DNA from: Nitrosarchaeum sp.
GTDB lineage: Archaea > Thermoproteota > Nitrososphaeria > Nitrososphaerales > Nitrosopumilaceae
Reading direction: 5' to 3'
Length of the DNA stretch: 64,000 nucleotides
NCBI GenBank assembly: GCA_965223865.1
Contig: OZ245020.1
Coordinates: 512,001 to 576,000, forward strand
The position numbers and the translations under genes are program-made. Below are positions 1 through 9,503 of the stretch, one piece after another. The notes beneath the pieces are model-generated. The model worked only from the letters and a program-made list of their open reading frames with translations. It was not told the DNA's origin and ran no database searches. Positions within the stretch are counted from its first letter, which is position 1, and each line of letters opens with the position of its first letter.

Positions 1-8
1 AGAATCAA

Positions 9-497
9 ATGAAAAAATCTGACGAACCATTACCAGATAAAATGGTCTTTACTCTATTGGCAAGTGAGAAGATTGAATTTCCATTAACAGCATATACAAG
101 AAGCGAAGACTTTCAGGTAGATTTGTCTTGGGATCCATTAGACATACAACCTGGTGTAAAGACAAATTTTGTTTTTACAATAAGAAATGGGGCAACAGGT
201 GAACCTATGAGAAGTTCTGACTATACCTTTGTGATAATCCAAAACGGAAAGGAGATCCACAGAACAACTGGGATTGCTCAAGTAGGAGGAGATTTTGAAT
301 CATACGAATTTGGTGAGGATCAAACAGGTCCAACTGTTATTCGTTTTGAAAACATTAGAAATACCGGACAAGAAACTGAATTTGGAATAGTAGTTGCTCC
401 TGAATTTGGTTCAATAGCATTACTGATTCTGGTGATATCTATAGTTGGTGTAATTTTCATTTCAAGACAAAAATTATTTATTTTAAAAACTTCCTAA
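9..497 (+). CDS. PEFG-CTERM sorting-domain surface protein (3' part; gene probably begins upstream of the window)
   Basis: C-terminal APEFG + hydrophobic helix + basic tail; reading frame open to window edge. Confidence 0.8.
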   Translation: MKKSDEPLPDKMVFTLLASEKIEFPLTAYTRSEDFQVDLSWDPLDIQPGVKTNFVFTIRNGATGEPMRSSDYTFVIIQNGKEIHRTTGIAQVGGDFESYEFGEDQTGPTVIRFENIRNTGQETEFGIVVAPEFGSIALLILVISIVGVIFISRQKLFILKTS

Positions 498-649
498 AGC
501 GTTGCGAGTTTAACAGCATCCATGTTTTTGTTTGTCTGAAAGTCCCTAGTCATTGTAGATACTTTTTCAGCTTGTTGGAACAATTGTTTTGTTGTCAATT
601 GGTCTTTTTGCAGGTACAATAGGAATACGAGCAACAAGAATCTTATCAA
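494..649 (-). CDS. possible 51-aa small protein (MIRFLLLVFLLYLQKDQL...), not in ORF track
   Basis: TTG start overlaps the TGA of the copCD gene (TTGA); open frame fills the whole gap; hydrophobic N-terminus. Confidence 0.35.
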   Translation of the reverse strand: MIRFLLLVFLLYLQKDQLTTKQLFQQAEKVSTMTRDFQTNKNMDAVKLATL

Positions 650-3423
650 GAAATCATTAATGAATTTAGTCTTCTCTTATCTTTAATATTTTTAACATAA
701 AACAAAGAAGTTGCAATAATTCCTAATGCAATTAATGGTGATGCAATCTCTGTATATTTTAGCTCAATTCTGCTGGTAGGCTCTACAGTTGATGCTATAC
801 TTGGAATTTCAGTAATCTTTACCATTGCTAATTTGTTGCCTTGTTGCTCTACAAACCAAACATTGTCATTGGTATCTGCTGTTGTAAATTGAGCAAATGA
901 GGTTACAGTTGGAATTGGAACTTCAATTAGATCATCATTGTCTGGATCATAAGCTCCAATACTATCTACGGTATGTTGTGCAAACCAAATATTCCCATAT
1001 CTATCAAATGACATTCCATATGGTAATGCCTCTTGATTTGGTACGGGAATTCTCTCAAAGGTCTCTAAAATTGGATTAAATTTTGCTATGGCTAATCCTG
1101 TATGCTCTGCAATCCAGAGACTTCCATCGTCATCAAAAAGCAAGGCTTCAGGTGCCCCTAGCGGGATACTTGGAGCAAATTCTTTGATACTATTATCTTC
1201 TGGATTGATATAGCCAATTCTTCCTGTTTTGGATTCTGTAAACCAAATCTTACCGTCTTCATCAATTGTTAATGCAAATGGAAGAGATTCTTTTTCAGGA
1301 AGACGTACCTCTTCAAATGTTTTTTCTTTTTGATCATACTTTAGAATGACATCTTTATTGATTATGGCAATCCAGATATTGCCTTCAAAATCAGATTGAA
1401 TAAAGGTACCAATATTATCTGAAATGATTGGTTGAATCTTTGGCAGAGTAATAGTTGAAATTTCATTTGTTTTTGGATCAATGTATCCTATTTGATTTCG
1501 GGGAGTATCTGTAAACCAAATCTTACCTTCATTATCCTTGGTTAGAATCATAGTAGTTAATCCATCAAAGGAAAACGATTCAAACTCTTCTGACTCTAAA
1601 TCAAATCTCCAAATTTTTGGTGCAGAAGGATCACTGATCCAAATCGAATTTTTCCCATCAAACAATGGGTATAGAGGTTTTGCTGATTCTGGTAATTCAT
1701 ATTCACTTATTTCAGTTTGAAGATCCATCAATCTTGGTTTGATTAACAGCATTAACAAAACTGATTCATTTGCATTCTTAGTTCGTTGTGCTTCAACTTC
1801 TACTTGCCACTGTCCAGAAAATCCAAACGTTAACTCTCCTTTGAATTCTCTTGGTCCTTCTTCTTGCTCAGTTGTTTCGATAGGAATCTCTATTGGTGAG
1901 ATATTTTTTTGAGGATTTGAAATTTTTATTTTGAGTTCATTAGAATCATAAAGTGAATTATTTTCAAAGTCACTTACTTTAACAAAAATTGAATTTGTTC
2001 CACTGGTAAATGGAGTAATTTCAATATCAAATCTTGCATTTTCTGTGTATTCTATTGTTCTAAATCCATATGTAATATCTTGTGCATCTGCTTTTTGAAT
2101 TTCTCCTGCAGGCAATGTGCCATTTGCCAATAAAGCAACAACACCTAGTAGGATAATTCCTAGTGACGCATCAAACTTTAATGATCTCTTTAATTTTTTA
2201 TGGACTGAAATTGATTTTGATTCCAGAGCCTTCTCTCCTGCTTTTTGAACTCTAAACTGAAAGAATCCTCCCAACCCTACCATAACTGCAGCAATTGCAA
2301 TCTTTGCTATGATCAATTTTCCATATGTGGATTCAGTAATTATTCCAACATCACTTTCTAGGAGCCACATTAGGGTTGGCCCTGAAATTATTACAATTCC
2401 TACGGCAATCACAAATGCAATGGAAAATCTTGGAATCATTACCAATGACATTTTCTCCATTTTTATTTTTTCGAGTCTTGAAAATGTTGGAAGTAGCGTA
2501 AAGACAAAGTAAATTATTCCTCCTATCCATACTGCAGCAACCAAATTGTGTACATAATCAAGGACAACTGCTGCCATTTGGCCACTAGCAGCGCCATGTC
2601 CTATCATAGTTGAGGTTCCAATCAAAACTAATGATAAAACAAGCATTGGGATGTAATTGTACTTTGTAATCTGTTTTTTCCTGTCCATCCAAAACCAAAT
2701 TCCAAGAAGCATTACAGTAATTATCATTCGAATAAGCCAAGAAGTACCAAATGTTGTTTGGATAGCCTCGATTGCAGAGGTTTCTAATCTCAAAGTTTGA
2801 ACTGCAAGCATTATAATGTTTGAGGCAAAAACTAACATCAAGCCAATTCCGGTAATGGTCATAAATCGCCCATGATGAACAGTGTCGATTTTTTCAAACT
2901 CTTTTCTGATTAACTCTTTGTTTTGTGTTCCCCAAATTAGCAGAGATGCAATTACAGAACCTAGAATAATTGTTTGTCCAACAAGTCCAGGAAATCTAGC
3001 TCCTGCTTCTGGAAAGAACAATAACTCTGATGTAGACTTTTCAGAAACATCAATGTCAATCTTGACATCTCCTACTGCAAAGATAAAAGCACCATCTACC
3101 AAGTGACCATCAACTTTAGAGAGTACTTTGCTTGTTCCAGTATAGACTCCCTCTTCTAATGGTGGTGTAGTGACAATAAGAGAGGTTTCACCTTCATAAT
3201 ATCTAGTGTCCCTATTGTCAATTTGATCACCATTACTATCATAAATTTTCAAAGAGCTAAAATCTAATTCTACAGGTTCTGAAAATATAACGTAAACTTC
3301 AGTAATTCCTACAGGTGCATTAAGTGAGGAACTTGGATTTGTCTCTAGTGTAAATGGATGAGCTGAAGCATATGGAATCCCAATTGCTAAAATTAAAAGA
3401 AAAACAAATAGAAATTTTCTCAT
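646..3423 (-). CDS. copper uptake/resistance CopC-CopD fusion with Ig-like linker and Vgb-like (virginiamycin B lyase-type) beta-propeller, C-terminal TM anchor
   Basis: signal peptide then H1 (ASA|HPF), CopC motifs FSEPVE and SKVDGH; CopD TM region GHGAA, HNLVAAVWIGG, STYGKLIIAKI; repeats DxxGxIWFTE. Confidence 0.9.
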   Translation of the reverse strand: MRKFLFVFLLILAIGIPYASAHPFTLETNPSSSLNAPVGITEVYVIFSEPVELDFSSLKIYDSNGDQIDNRDTRYYEGETSLIVTTPPLEEGVYTGTSKVLSKVDGHLVDGAFIFAVGDVKIDIDVSEKSTSELLFFPEAGARFPGLVGQTIILGSVIASLLIWGTQNKELIRKEFEKIDTVHHGRFMTITGIGLMLVFASNIIMLAVQTLRLETSAIEAIQTTFGTSWLIRMIITVMLLGIWFWMDRKKQITKYNYIPMLVLSLVLIGTSTMIGHGAASGQMAAVVLDYVHNLVAAVWIGGIIYFVFTLLPTFSRLEKIKMEKMSLVMIPRFSIAFVIAVGIVIISGPTLMWLLESDVGIITESTYGKLIIAKIAIAAVMVGLGGFFQFRVQKAGEKALESKSISVHKKLKRSLKFDASLGIILLGVVALLANGTLPAGEIQKADAQDITYGFRTIEYTENARFDIEITPFTSGTNSIFVKVSDFENNSLYDSNELKIKISNPQKNISPIEIPIETTEQEEGPREFKGELTFGFSGQWQVEVEAQRTKNANESVLLMLLIKPRLMDLQTEISEYELPESAKPLYPLFDGKNSIWISDPSAPKIWRFDLESEEFESFSFDGLTTMILTKDNEGKIWFTDTPRNQIGYIDPKTNEISTITLPKIQPIISDNIGTFIQSDFEGNIWIAIINKDVILKYDQKEKTFEEVRLPEKESLPFALTIDEDGKIWFTESKTGRIGYINPEDNSIKEFAPSIPLGAPEALLFDDDGSLWIAEHTGLAIAKFNPILETFERIPVPNQEALPYGMSFDRYGNIWFAQHTVDSIGAYDPDNDDLIEVPIPTVTSFAQFTTADTNDNVWFVEQQGNKLAMVKITEIPSIASTVEPTSRIELKYTEIASPLIALGIIATSLFYVKNIKDKRRLNSLMIS

Positions 3424-3517
3424 ATTATTTTCATTTTACAACTCTTAATTTAAACAATTTAGATTTTGTTCGATGATTGTACCAAATCTAGTAAAGATAA
3501 TAACGTGTTACAATAAA

Positions 3518-4162
3518 ATGATAGTCGTGAATGTTTTAATTTTTGGATTAATTGCAATATTAATTTCTGCAGGGATTACATCTCAAGCCTTTGCTCATAC
3601 TACAGTTCATGTTGAACAGTATGAAATTGAAGTAGGTTGGGGAATAGAACCACCCATTGTTGAATATAGAAATGATTTTGTTTTTGAAATTAGTGAACCT
3701 GGAGAAAATCCAGGAGTTAAAATTGGAGTAAAGAATGCGTTTAAGAATTTAGAAGCAACTGCAAAATTTGGTGGTGTTACTAAAATTTTAGATATAGGCT
3801 CTGATCCAAGACCAGGTCACTACTTTTCACACGTGATTCCAACAAAGACAGGCTCAATTTCAATACTATTAGAGGGAGAAATTAATGGAGTTCCAGTAAA
3901 TATTGATATTCCAGTTGAAGATGTTGAGACAACTGCAGTTTTAGATTTTCCTCCTACTAGTGGTTCATCTTCAGATCAAGATGTTTCAGCTTTGAAAAAT
4001 GCAATATCTCAACTACAAAGAGATGTTTCAGAAATTAAGACAGGTTCTGGAATCGAAGTCAAATCAGATACTGGTGCAGCATATGACTTTGCCGTTCTTG
4101 GTCTATCAATTGGTGCAGCGGCAATTATCTTAGCTGTTATTGCTTTAGTAAAAAGAAAATAG
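3518..4162 (+). CDS. secreted, membrane-anchored His1 protein, putative copper-binding
   Basis: AFA|HTTVH after signal peptide, GWGIEPP, PGHY; C-terminal TM + KRK; start at 3518 chosen by signal-peptide length. Confidence 0.75.
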   Translation: MIVVNVLIFGLIAILISAGITSQAFAHTTVHVEQYEIEVGWGIEPPIVEYRNDFVFEISEPGENPGVKIGVKNAFKNLEATAKFGGVTKILDIGSDPRPGHYFSHVIPTKTGSISILLEGEINGVPVNIDIPVEDVETTAVLDFPPTSGSSSDQDVSALKNAISQLQRDVSEIKTGSGIEVKSDTGAAYDFAVLGLSIGAAAIILAVIALVKRK

Positions 4163-4177
4163 AAAAAGAGTGAATTC

Positions 4178-5065
4178 CTAAAGTCTTGGAATAACTCTAG
4201 ATTTGGCAGTTACTGCTATGATGCTTATGATTGAAACAGCGAGTATCATCATTGCAATTGTTCCAAATTCAGGAACAACGTTTGAGAATACTACTTCTTC
4301 ACCAATTGGTCCAGTTTTTTCATCTACACCATACCCTTGGAAGGTAATGGTAACATCTACTGGATCAGAGGAATCAAGAGCTTGTGTCATGTGTGATCCT
4401 TTTCCCTCATGGTGATGTGCACCCATATCATCTAGCACTGTATTGCCATTTTGTGTGACTTTGATGTCATGATTGACATGTTCTGAATCTTCGAATACAA
4501 CATTGATCTCCATCATTTCACCAGCAGTTGGTGCAGAGGTCCAAATTGAAACAGTTGTACCGTCTGACAACATTCCTGTTGCTGTTGCATCACCTTCCAT
4601 TTCCATCATTTCACCGTTGTCCATATGCATCTCTTCGTCATCGTGTTCGTCTTTCATTTCTTCAGCACCTGCTTCCTGAACAACTACAATTCCTTGCATC
4701 CATGGATGAACCATGCAGAAGTAGTCGTAGTTACCAGGTTCGTAACCGTCGAACTTGACAGAAAATGTAGATCCTGCCATGAACAAGCTACTATCAAATA
4801 GACCATCAGGTCCATCAGCTGGAGTTCCAGATGTTACAGTATGTGCTGCAGTGTCATCATTTGTCCATGTGACTTCACCACCAACATCGATTGTTACCTC
4901 GTATGGAAGATAACATTCGTTTGTTTCTTCACATCCTGGAACTGAGGTACCTGCAGGAGTACTAACAGTTGCAGTCGGATGATCTGCAAAAGCAGGATTT
5001 GCTGCAGTCACTCCAGCTACAATAGCGAGTAATACGAAGAGAGAGCCTATAGCTATAGTCTTCAT
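4178..5065 (-). CDS. plastocyanin/azurin-family blue copper protein with His-rich second domain and PEFG-CTERM
   Basis: WTNDDTAAHTVTSG and YFCMVHPWMQG type-1 Cu ligands; HVNHD...HHHEG; VPEFG-TM. Confidence 0.92.
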   Translation of the reverse strand: MKTIAIGSLFVLLAIVAGVTAANPAFADHPTATVSTPAGTSVPGCEETNECYLPYEVTIDVGGEVTWTNDDTAAHTVTSGTPADGPDGLFDSSLFMAGSTFSVKFDGYEPGNYDYFCMVHPWMQGIVVVQEAGAEEMKDEHDDEEMHMDNGEMMEMEGDATATGMLSDGTTVSIWTSAPTAGEMMEINVVFEDSEHVNHDIKVTQNGNTVLDDMGAHHHEGKGSHMTQALDSSDPVDVTITFQGYGVDEKTGPIGEEVVFSNVVPEFGTIAMMILAVSIISIIAVTAKSRVIPRL

Positions 5066-5187
5066 TAGATCTTGTACTTGTTCGGATACATAAAAACCTC
5101 ACTGGCATTTTCAGGTTGAATATTCCACTTTCTTTAGTACAAGTTCTTAAAGATAACAAGAGATCGTTAGAATACGTGGAGTAAAAT

Positions 5188-5325
5188 CATAATTGACTTA
5201 AAAATCTATGACTGGATCTTCATTATTCCTTCTTTGATCAAGAATTGTATTCCTTGAACAAAGGAGTTATCATCAATGTAGCCATTTGCCCACCAGCCTG
5301 CGTTGTTCTTAATCCATTCAGGAAT
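5188..5325. repeat. 138-bp inverted repeat, left arm (pairs with 8639-8776)
   Basis: reverse complement matches 8639-8776 with 1 mismatch, including 18 nt beyond the stop codon. Confidence 0.92.
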
Positions 5326-5964
5326 AGTCATTTTTGTATCATTAGGTTGCAATATTTCTATATTGTCCATGTCGACTACTTTGATGGCATCCTCAAAGTA
5401 ATTTTTTACAGCATTTCTCCTTTCATCCCATATGTTGGTCATTATTGTAATATTGTTCAATACTGTTGTTGGCTCAAACTCAAAAATTATAATCTTAAAC
5501 CCATCTTCATTTTCTGCACTAATATTCACCTTTCGTAAAAGGTTATCATCATCATAAATACCGATTATTTTATCATCAAATTTGTTATCCCATACTAAAT
5601 GAGCTACGGATTTCTCTACTAGCACACCACTTATGAGTTCTTCATATGGTGCAAAATGTAATTCTACATGAGAAACGGCTGTTGCACCTTCGTTTTCAAA
5701 AATTTTTAACATAATTGTAGTTTTTCCATCTTTGTTTAGTATTTGGGTTGGAATAGTCTGACTATAATGATCCACATCAAAAGATACAGAGTTAATTGAA
5801 AGGCCTGCTCATGGTAGTGGAGGATGTGGAAGTGATTGTACACCTCCTACACTAGGTGTAGACAAAGATGGCAGAATTAGAGTAGAAGGAGCATAAGCAG
5901 ATGTGACCCCAGTTATTGTAATTAATAATGCTATAACTATACTTACAAGAATTTTTATTTTCAT
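5206..5964 (-). pseudogene. secreted His1 protein with C-terminal [12 protein letters not shown] repeat, interrupted by a 78-bp internal inversion (in-frame TGA at 5809-5811)
   Basis: ATG at 5964 encodes signal peptide MKIKILVS...SAYA in frame with ORF 5206-5775; the + strand of 5807-5893 encodes AHGSGGCGSDCTPPTLGVDKDGRIRVEGA. Confidence 0.8.
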
Positions 5965-6000
5965 TTGTTTCTTCTAATCTTTTTTTGTAATTTAAACAAA

Positions 6001-6023
6001 TGGTATATTTGAAGCTTGTACCA
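6001..6023. promoter_or_regulatory. putative TF site TGGTATAT-N7-TTGTACCA next to TATA (tttaaa 5991-5996)
   Basis: 20/23 identical to the palindrome at 18071-18093. Confidence 0.55.
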
Positions 6024-6108
6024 CTATTTTTTAATCCAAAAAATAATTTCTCATAATACCATATGAAAAAATATAATCTATCTTTAGGTCTTAGTGGCAG
6101 TACTTTGA

Positions 6109-6933
6109 TTATGGACGTAAAATCTTGATAGTTTTTAGAATTCCAAATACAGGAATTCCAACATACATTCCAATATTTAGAAGAAGCATTGAGATTCCAT
6201 AACCCAAAACTTCTTGTTCAGAATCCATATTTACATGATTTAGAATTGATAGCGATGAAATCATTGGAGTCAGTGCAATTTTTACAGTCTCTTTGAATAA
6301 AGGACTTTGGCGTTCCATATCTGCAATTGCTGGTGAGAATGAATAGTAAAACTGATTGAATCCGGCCATAAATGAAGATCCAGATTCTGTTGCAAGAAGG
6401 TTGTTGTCTCTTAGTTCTCTTAGTTGTTGTACTTGTGGTGCCATTTCAGAACCATATGTTGCAGTAGCAATAAGACAACCTCCACCTGGAGGCTCTTCTG
6501 AACCGTTATTTACTGAAACTGATGGTTCAGCATTTGCTTGCCCAACTATAACATCAAAGGAAACAGTTTCTATAGGTATTGGTTGAAATAATATTCCCTC
6601 TACTTCAAAGTCAACTGAATAAAGACCTTCATCATTAAACTCAACGGGAATCTTTACAGATCCTAATGATGTGTGAGTAAGTGGAATTGGACCGAAAATT
6701 GTTCCTCCATCTTTGAACACTGTTATCCTATAATCGATATGCTCTTGAACTTTTTGTGTTTGCGGATTTATAAAATCAATATTCAGTCTTGTTTGCTGAC
6801 CTGGAACTATATCATCATAAGACAATTTCACATCTAGTGTTCCTTTATCAGTTGGCAAAGTTTCAGAATTTGTTTGAGCAAATGCAGGAGTAACTAAAAG
6901 TGGAATTAATAATAAAGCAATAAAATACTTCAT
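6109..6933 (-). CDS. secreted protein with CFI-box-CTERM domain
   Basis: signal peptide MKYFIALLLIPLLVTPAFA; GGGCLIATATYGSEMAPQVQQLRELRDN; C-terminal TM; QEHIDY/HTS motifs. Confidence 0.85.
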   Translation of the reverse strand: MKYFIALLLIPLLVTPAFAQTNSETLPTDKGTLDVKLSYDDIVPGQQTRLNIDFINPQTQKVQEHIDYRITVFKDGGTIFGPIPLTHTSLGSVKIPVEFNDEGLYSVDFEVEGILFQPIPIETVSFDVIVGQANAEPSVSVNNGSEEPPGGGCLIATATYGSEMAPQVQQLRELRDNNLLATESGSSFMAGFNQFYYSFSPAIADMERQSPLFKETVKIALTPMISSLSILNHVNMDSEQEVLGYGISMLLLNIGMYVGIPVFGILKTIKILRP

Positions 6934-7045
6934 GTGTTTTCTTTTTTTTAGACCATAAATAAAATTTGCATTTATTATCATTTGAAATACACACGCATGA
7001 GAATTCAATACCATCTTTAAATATGGAATTAGTTCAATTCAATCA

Positions 7046-8758
7046 TTGTACCAGTATACAATACTTTTTGCTCTATTGGCAATTAGCGTTCCATTTTTAG
7101 TAACAGATGCGTTTGGTCATGGACTAGGTGGTGATCAAGCTGAACCCTTATCCTTTGGTGACATGGAAGTTACAGTTAGAACAGAACTTTCACCATCTGA
7201 TATTACAGTAGGCGATATTGATGACATCAACATGAGTGTACGTTTCTTTGATACCATAACTGATGAAACTTTGGATAAGGTAACTTATAGAATCGAAGTA
7301 TGGCAAAGTGGTGAACTCTTAGCTAGAAATTTGTTTTATGACTTAGACGGTAAACTAGATGTTAAGATTAATCCAAAAACGGGCTGTGCTGAAGGTGAAT
7401 TATGGAAATGCACGGTATATGGAGGTTCTGAACATGTAACTGCACCAGGAGCATTATATGTCCATGGTGAAGCATGTGATGATACTAATTTAGATACTTG
7501 TGCTAGACCAACAATTACTGGTCCTTTGTTTGTGAAAGGGGGACTGTATAACATTAGAGTCGATATTGAAGGAGCCACTAGTCCAAAAACTGTTCTAGCT
7601 ACACTACTAAGCTATGATACTTTTGTTTCAGTTGCACAAGAACAAAACTTTATGTTTCAAACTGCAAATGCTGAAGAAATACCAGTAATTATTAAAACAT
7701 ACTATGATGATGTTGATAATTTTAAATTTGATGAATCAGACAACTCAATTTCATTTGATATGCCATTTGATTGGAGTCCAGATTATGTAGACTTGGTACA
7801 AGTAGTACATGAAGAAGTAAGAGTTCCAAAAACATTTATGCCATATGCAGAAGGAAAACAATTCAAAGGATATGTTAACGGTGTAGAAATCGATCAGAGG
7901 GCCTTACTTAACGATCCCTATTCATATGATGATACCAATATTGTTCATTTCCTAATTACAAACACTGAACTGCAAAAAATTAACGAAACGCTGGGACCAG
8001 ATAATTATGATAACCCAAAAATGGATTTGAAATTAGTTCCACTTGATGAAGTATCAAAAAGTTCAACTGAATTTTATCTAGTTGATACTACAAACTACGA
8101 GCAGGTCCCAACTACAGTGAATGTTTCTTGGGATGGAAGTTATGGTGCAGGAGATAATGTTCCGTTTGAAATAACATTCTTTGATGAAAACAGAGAATTG
8201 ATACGTGACATAAAATACGCAGTTTCATTTATTGATGAAAATAATCAGGAATTAGAAAGATTCACAGGAGATGATCCTCAAAATCCTGGTATTACTGCTA
8301 TAGAAGGAATTGATTATCAAAAAATCTTCATCCCTTCACAGGGTCAATACCGAATTGATATTCTAGTTTATGGAACAGGATTTGACTATGATCCAACCTA
8401 TGCTGGAATTGGTTCAGGAATTATTGAGATTGGACCTAGCCTTCCAAAAACTACACCATCTACACCTGAAGTACAACCACCTGCTGCAATTCCTGAATGG
8501 ATTAAGAACAACGCAGGCTGGTGGGCAAATGGCGACATTGATGATAACTCCTTTGTTCAAGGAATACAATTCTTGATCAAAGAAGGAATAATGAAGATTC
8601 CTCCAACGACACAAGGCGAAGGTGCTGGATCTAATGAAATTCCTGAATGGATTAAGAACAACGCAGGCTGGTGGGCAAATGGCGACATTGATGATAACTC
8701 CTTTGTTCAAGGAATACAATTCTTGATCAAAGAAGGAATAATGAAGATCCAGTCATAG
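7046..8758 (+). CDS. secreted His1 protein with two thaumarchaeal [13 protein letters not shown]-terminal repeats
   Basis: DAFG|HGLGGD; TYYDD..FDMPFDW..VVHEEV core shared with 12335-13900. Confidence 0.85.
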   Translation: MYQYTILFALLAISVPFLVTDAFGHGLGGDQAEPLSFGDMEVTVRTELSPSDITVGDIDDINMSVRFFDTITDETLDKVTYRIEVWQSGELLARNLFYDLDGKLDVKINPKTGCAEGELWKCTVYGGSEHVTAPGALYVHGEACDDTNLDTCARPTITGPLFVKGGLYNIRVDIEGATSPKTVLATLLSYDTFVSVAQEQNFMFQTANAEEIPVIIKTYYDDVDNFKFDESDNSISFDMPFDWSPDYVDLVQVVHEEVRVPKTFMPYAEGKQFKGYVNGVEIDQRALLNDPYSYDDTNIVHFLITNTELQKINETLGPDNYDNPKMDLKLVPLDEVSKSSTEFYLVDTTNYEQVPTTVNVSWDGSYGAGDNVPFEITFFDENRELIRDIKYAVSFIDENNQELERFTGDDPQNPGITAIEGIDYQKIFIPSQGQYRIDILVYGTGFDYDPTYAGIGSGIIEIGPSLPKTTPSTPEVQPPAAIPEWIKNNAGWWANGDIDDNSFVQGIQFLIKEGIMKIPPTTQGEGAGSNEIPEWIKNNAGWWANGDIDDNSFVQGIQFLIKEGIMKIQS

Positions 8759-8776
8759 ATTTTTAAGTCAATTATG
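8488..8776 (+). repeat. 111-bp identical direct repeat (8488-8598, 8638-8748); second copy extends to 8776 as the right arm of the inverted repeat
   Basis: nucleotide-identical copies at 150-bp period. Confidence 0.92.
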
Positions 8777-8789
8777 GGTTAAAGAAACA

Positions 8790-8996
8790 ATGAAAGACAT
8801 CAATGACATCATGCCCAAAATTCCAAACATGAGATGGGGAGCTTTGATGAACAAAGCTCCAACTAGTAAAAAAGTTGAAGAAATGAATAAAATTTTTCCT
8901 AGCAATGGAAAATGGCATACTATCTTTGAGGAAAAAGAATCAGTTACAATTGATGGAAAGCAAATTTGGAAAAAAGATCCAAACAAATGGACCTAA
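8790..8996 (+). CDS. small hypothetical protein
   Basis: 68-aa ORF with ATG, protein-like composition, abuts neighbours. Confidence 0.7.
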   Translation: MKDINDIMPKIPNMRWGALMNKAPTSKKVEEMNKIFPSNGKWHTIFEEKESVTIDGKQIWKKDPNKWT

Positions 8997-9436
8997 TCTC
9001 TGAATTTATCAAATTTTACTTTGCATTCTCTATTTAGATCTTTTACTATCATAAAATAAGTGAAAACAAGTATTGCAATTGAAATTACTCTGAGAGGAAT
9101 CTCAAAATTTGTAAGAAATGAAGTAGCAACACCTCCAGCAGCCCCAAAAATAGAGATTAAGGCAATACCTATTCCACCACAACAAGCTCCAGCACCTGCA
9201 CCAATTATAGAACCTAAAAGTCCAGTACGGAGTTTCTTGGTACTAGCTTGGAGGAATCTAATTCGATAACTTGACATGCTAATTACTAGACCAGTTAAAG
9301 CACAAATTACCACAATTGACAAAAAATTAAGAATTTCATATTCTGCAACATAAAACAGGAGATATGGTTCAAAGAATAGATATTCAGTTACATAAATTAG
9401 TGGTAAAAACAAGCTAGCAAAAAAAACCACAAACAA
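8993..9436 (-). CDS. membrane protein with GACCGG motif (5' end uncertain)
   Basis: 3-4 TM helices, vicinal Cys in a TM segment; frame stays open ~20 codons upstream of the TTG. Confidence 0.75.
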   Translation of the reverse strand: MFVVFFASLFLPLIYVTEYLFFEPYLLFYVAEYEILNFLSIVVICALTGLVISMSSYRIRFLQASTKKLRTGLLGSIIGAGAGACCGGIGIALISIFGAAGGVATSFLTNFEIPLRVISIAILVFTYFMIVKDLNRECKVKFDKFRD

Positions 9437-9503
9437 AGCCAGATATCTAAAATTTGAAAATACTATCTTTAGAGCTAACTCATGTTTTTCAAAAAAAGTA
9501 AAT

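Noticed and set aside
5809-5811. In-frame TGA as selenocysteine/readthrough
   Set aside because: The preceding 26 codons are the antisense of a sensible motif; the inversion explains the stop
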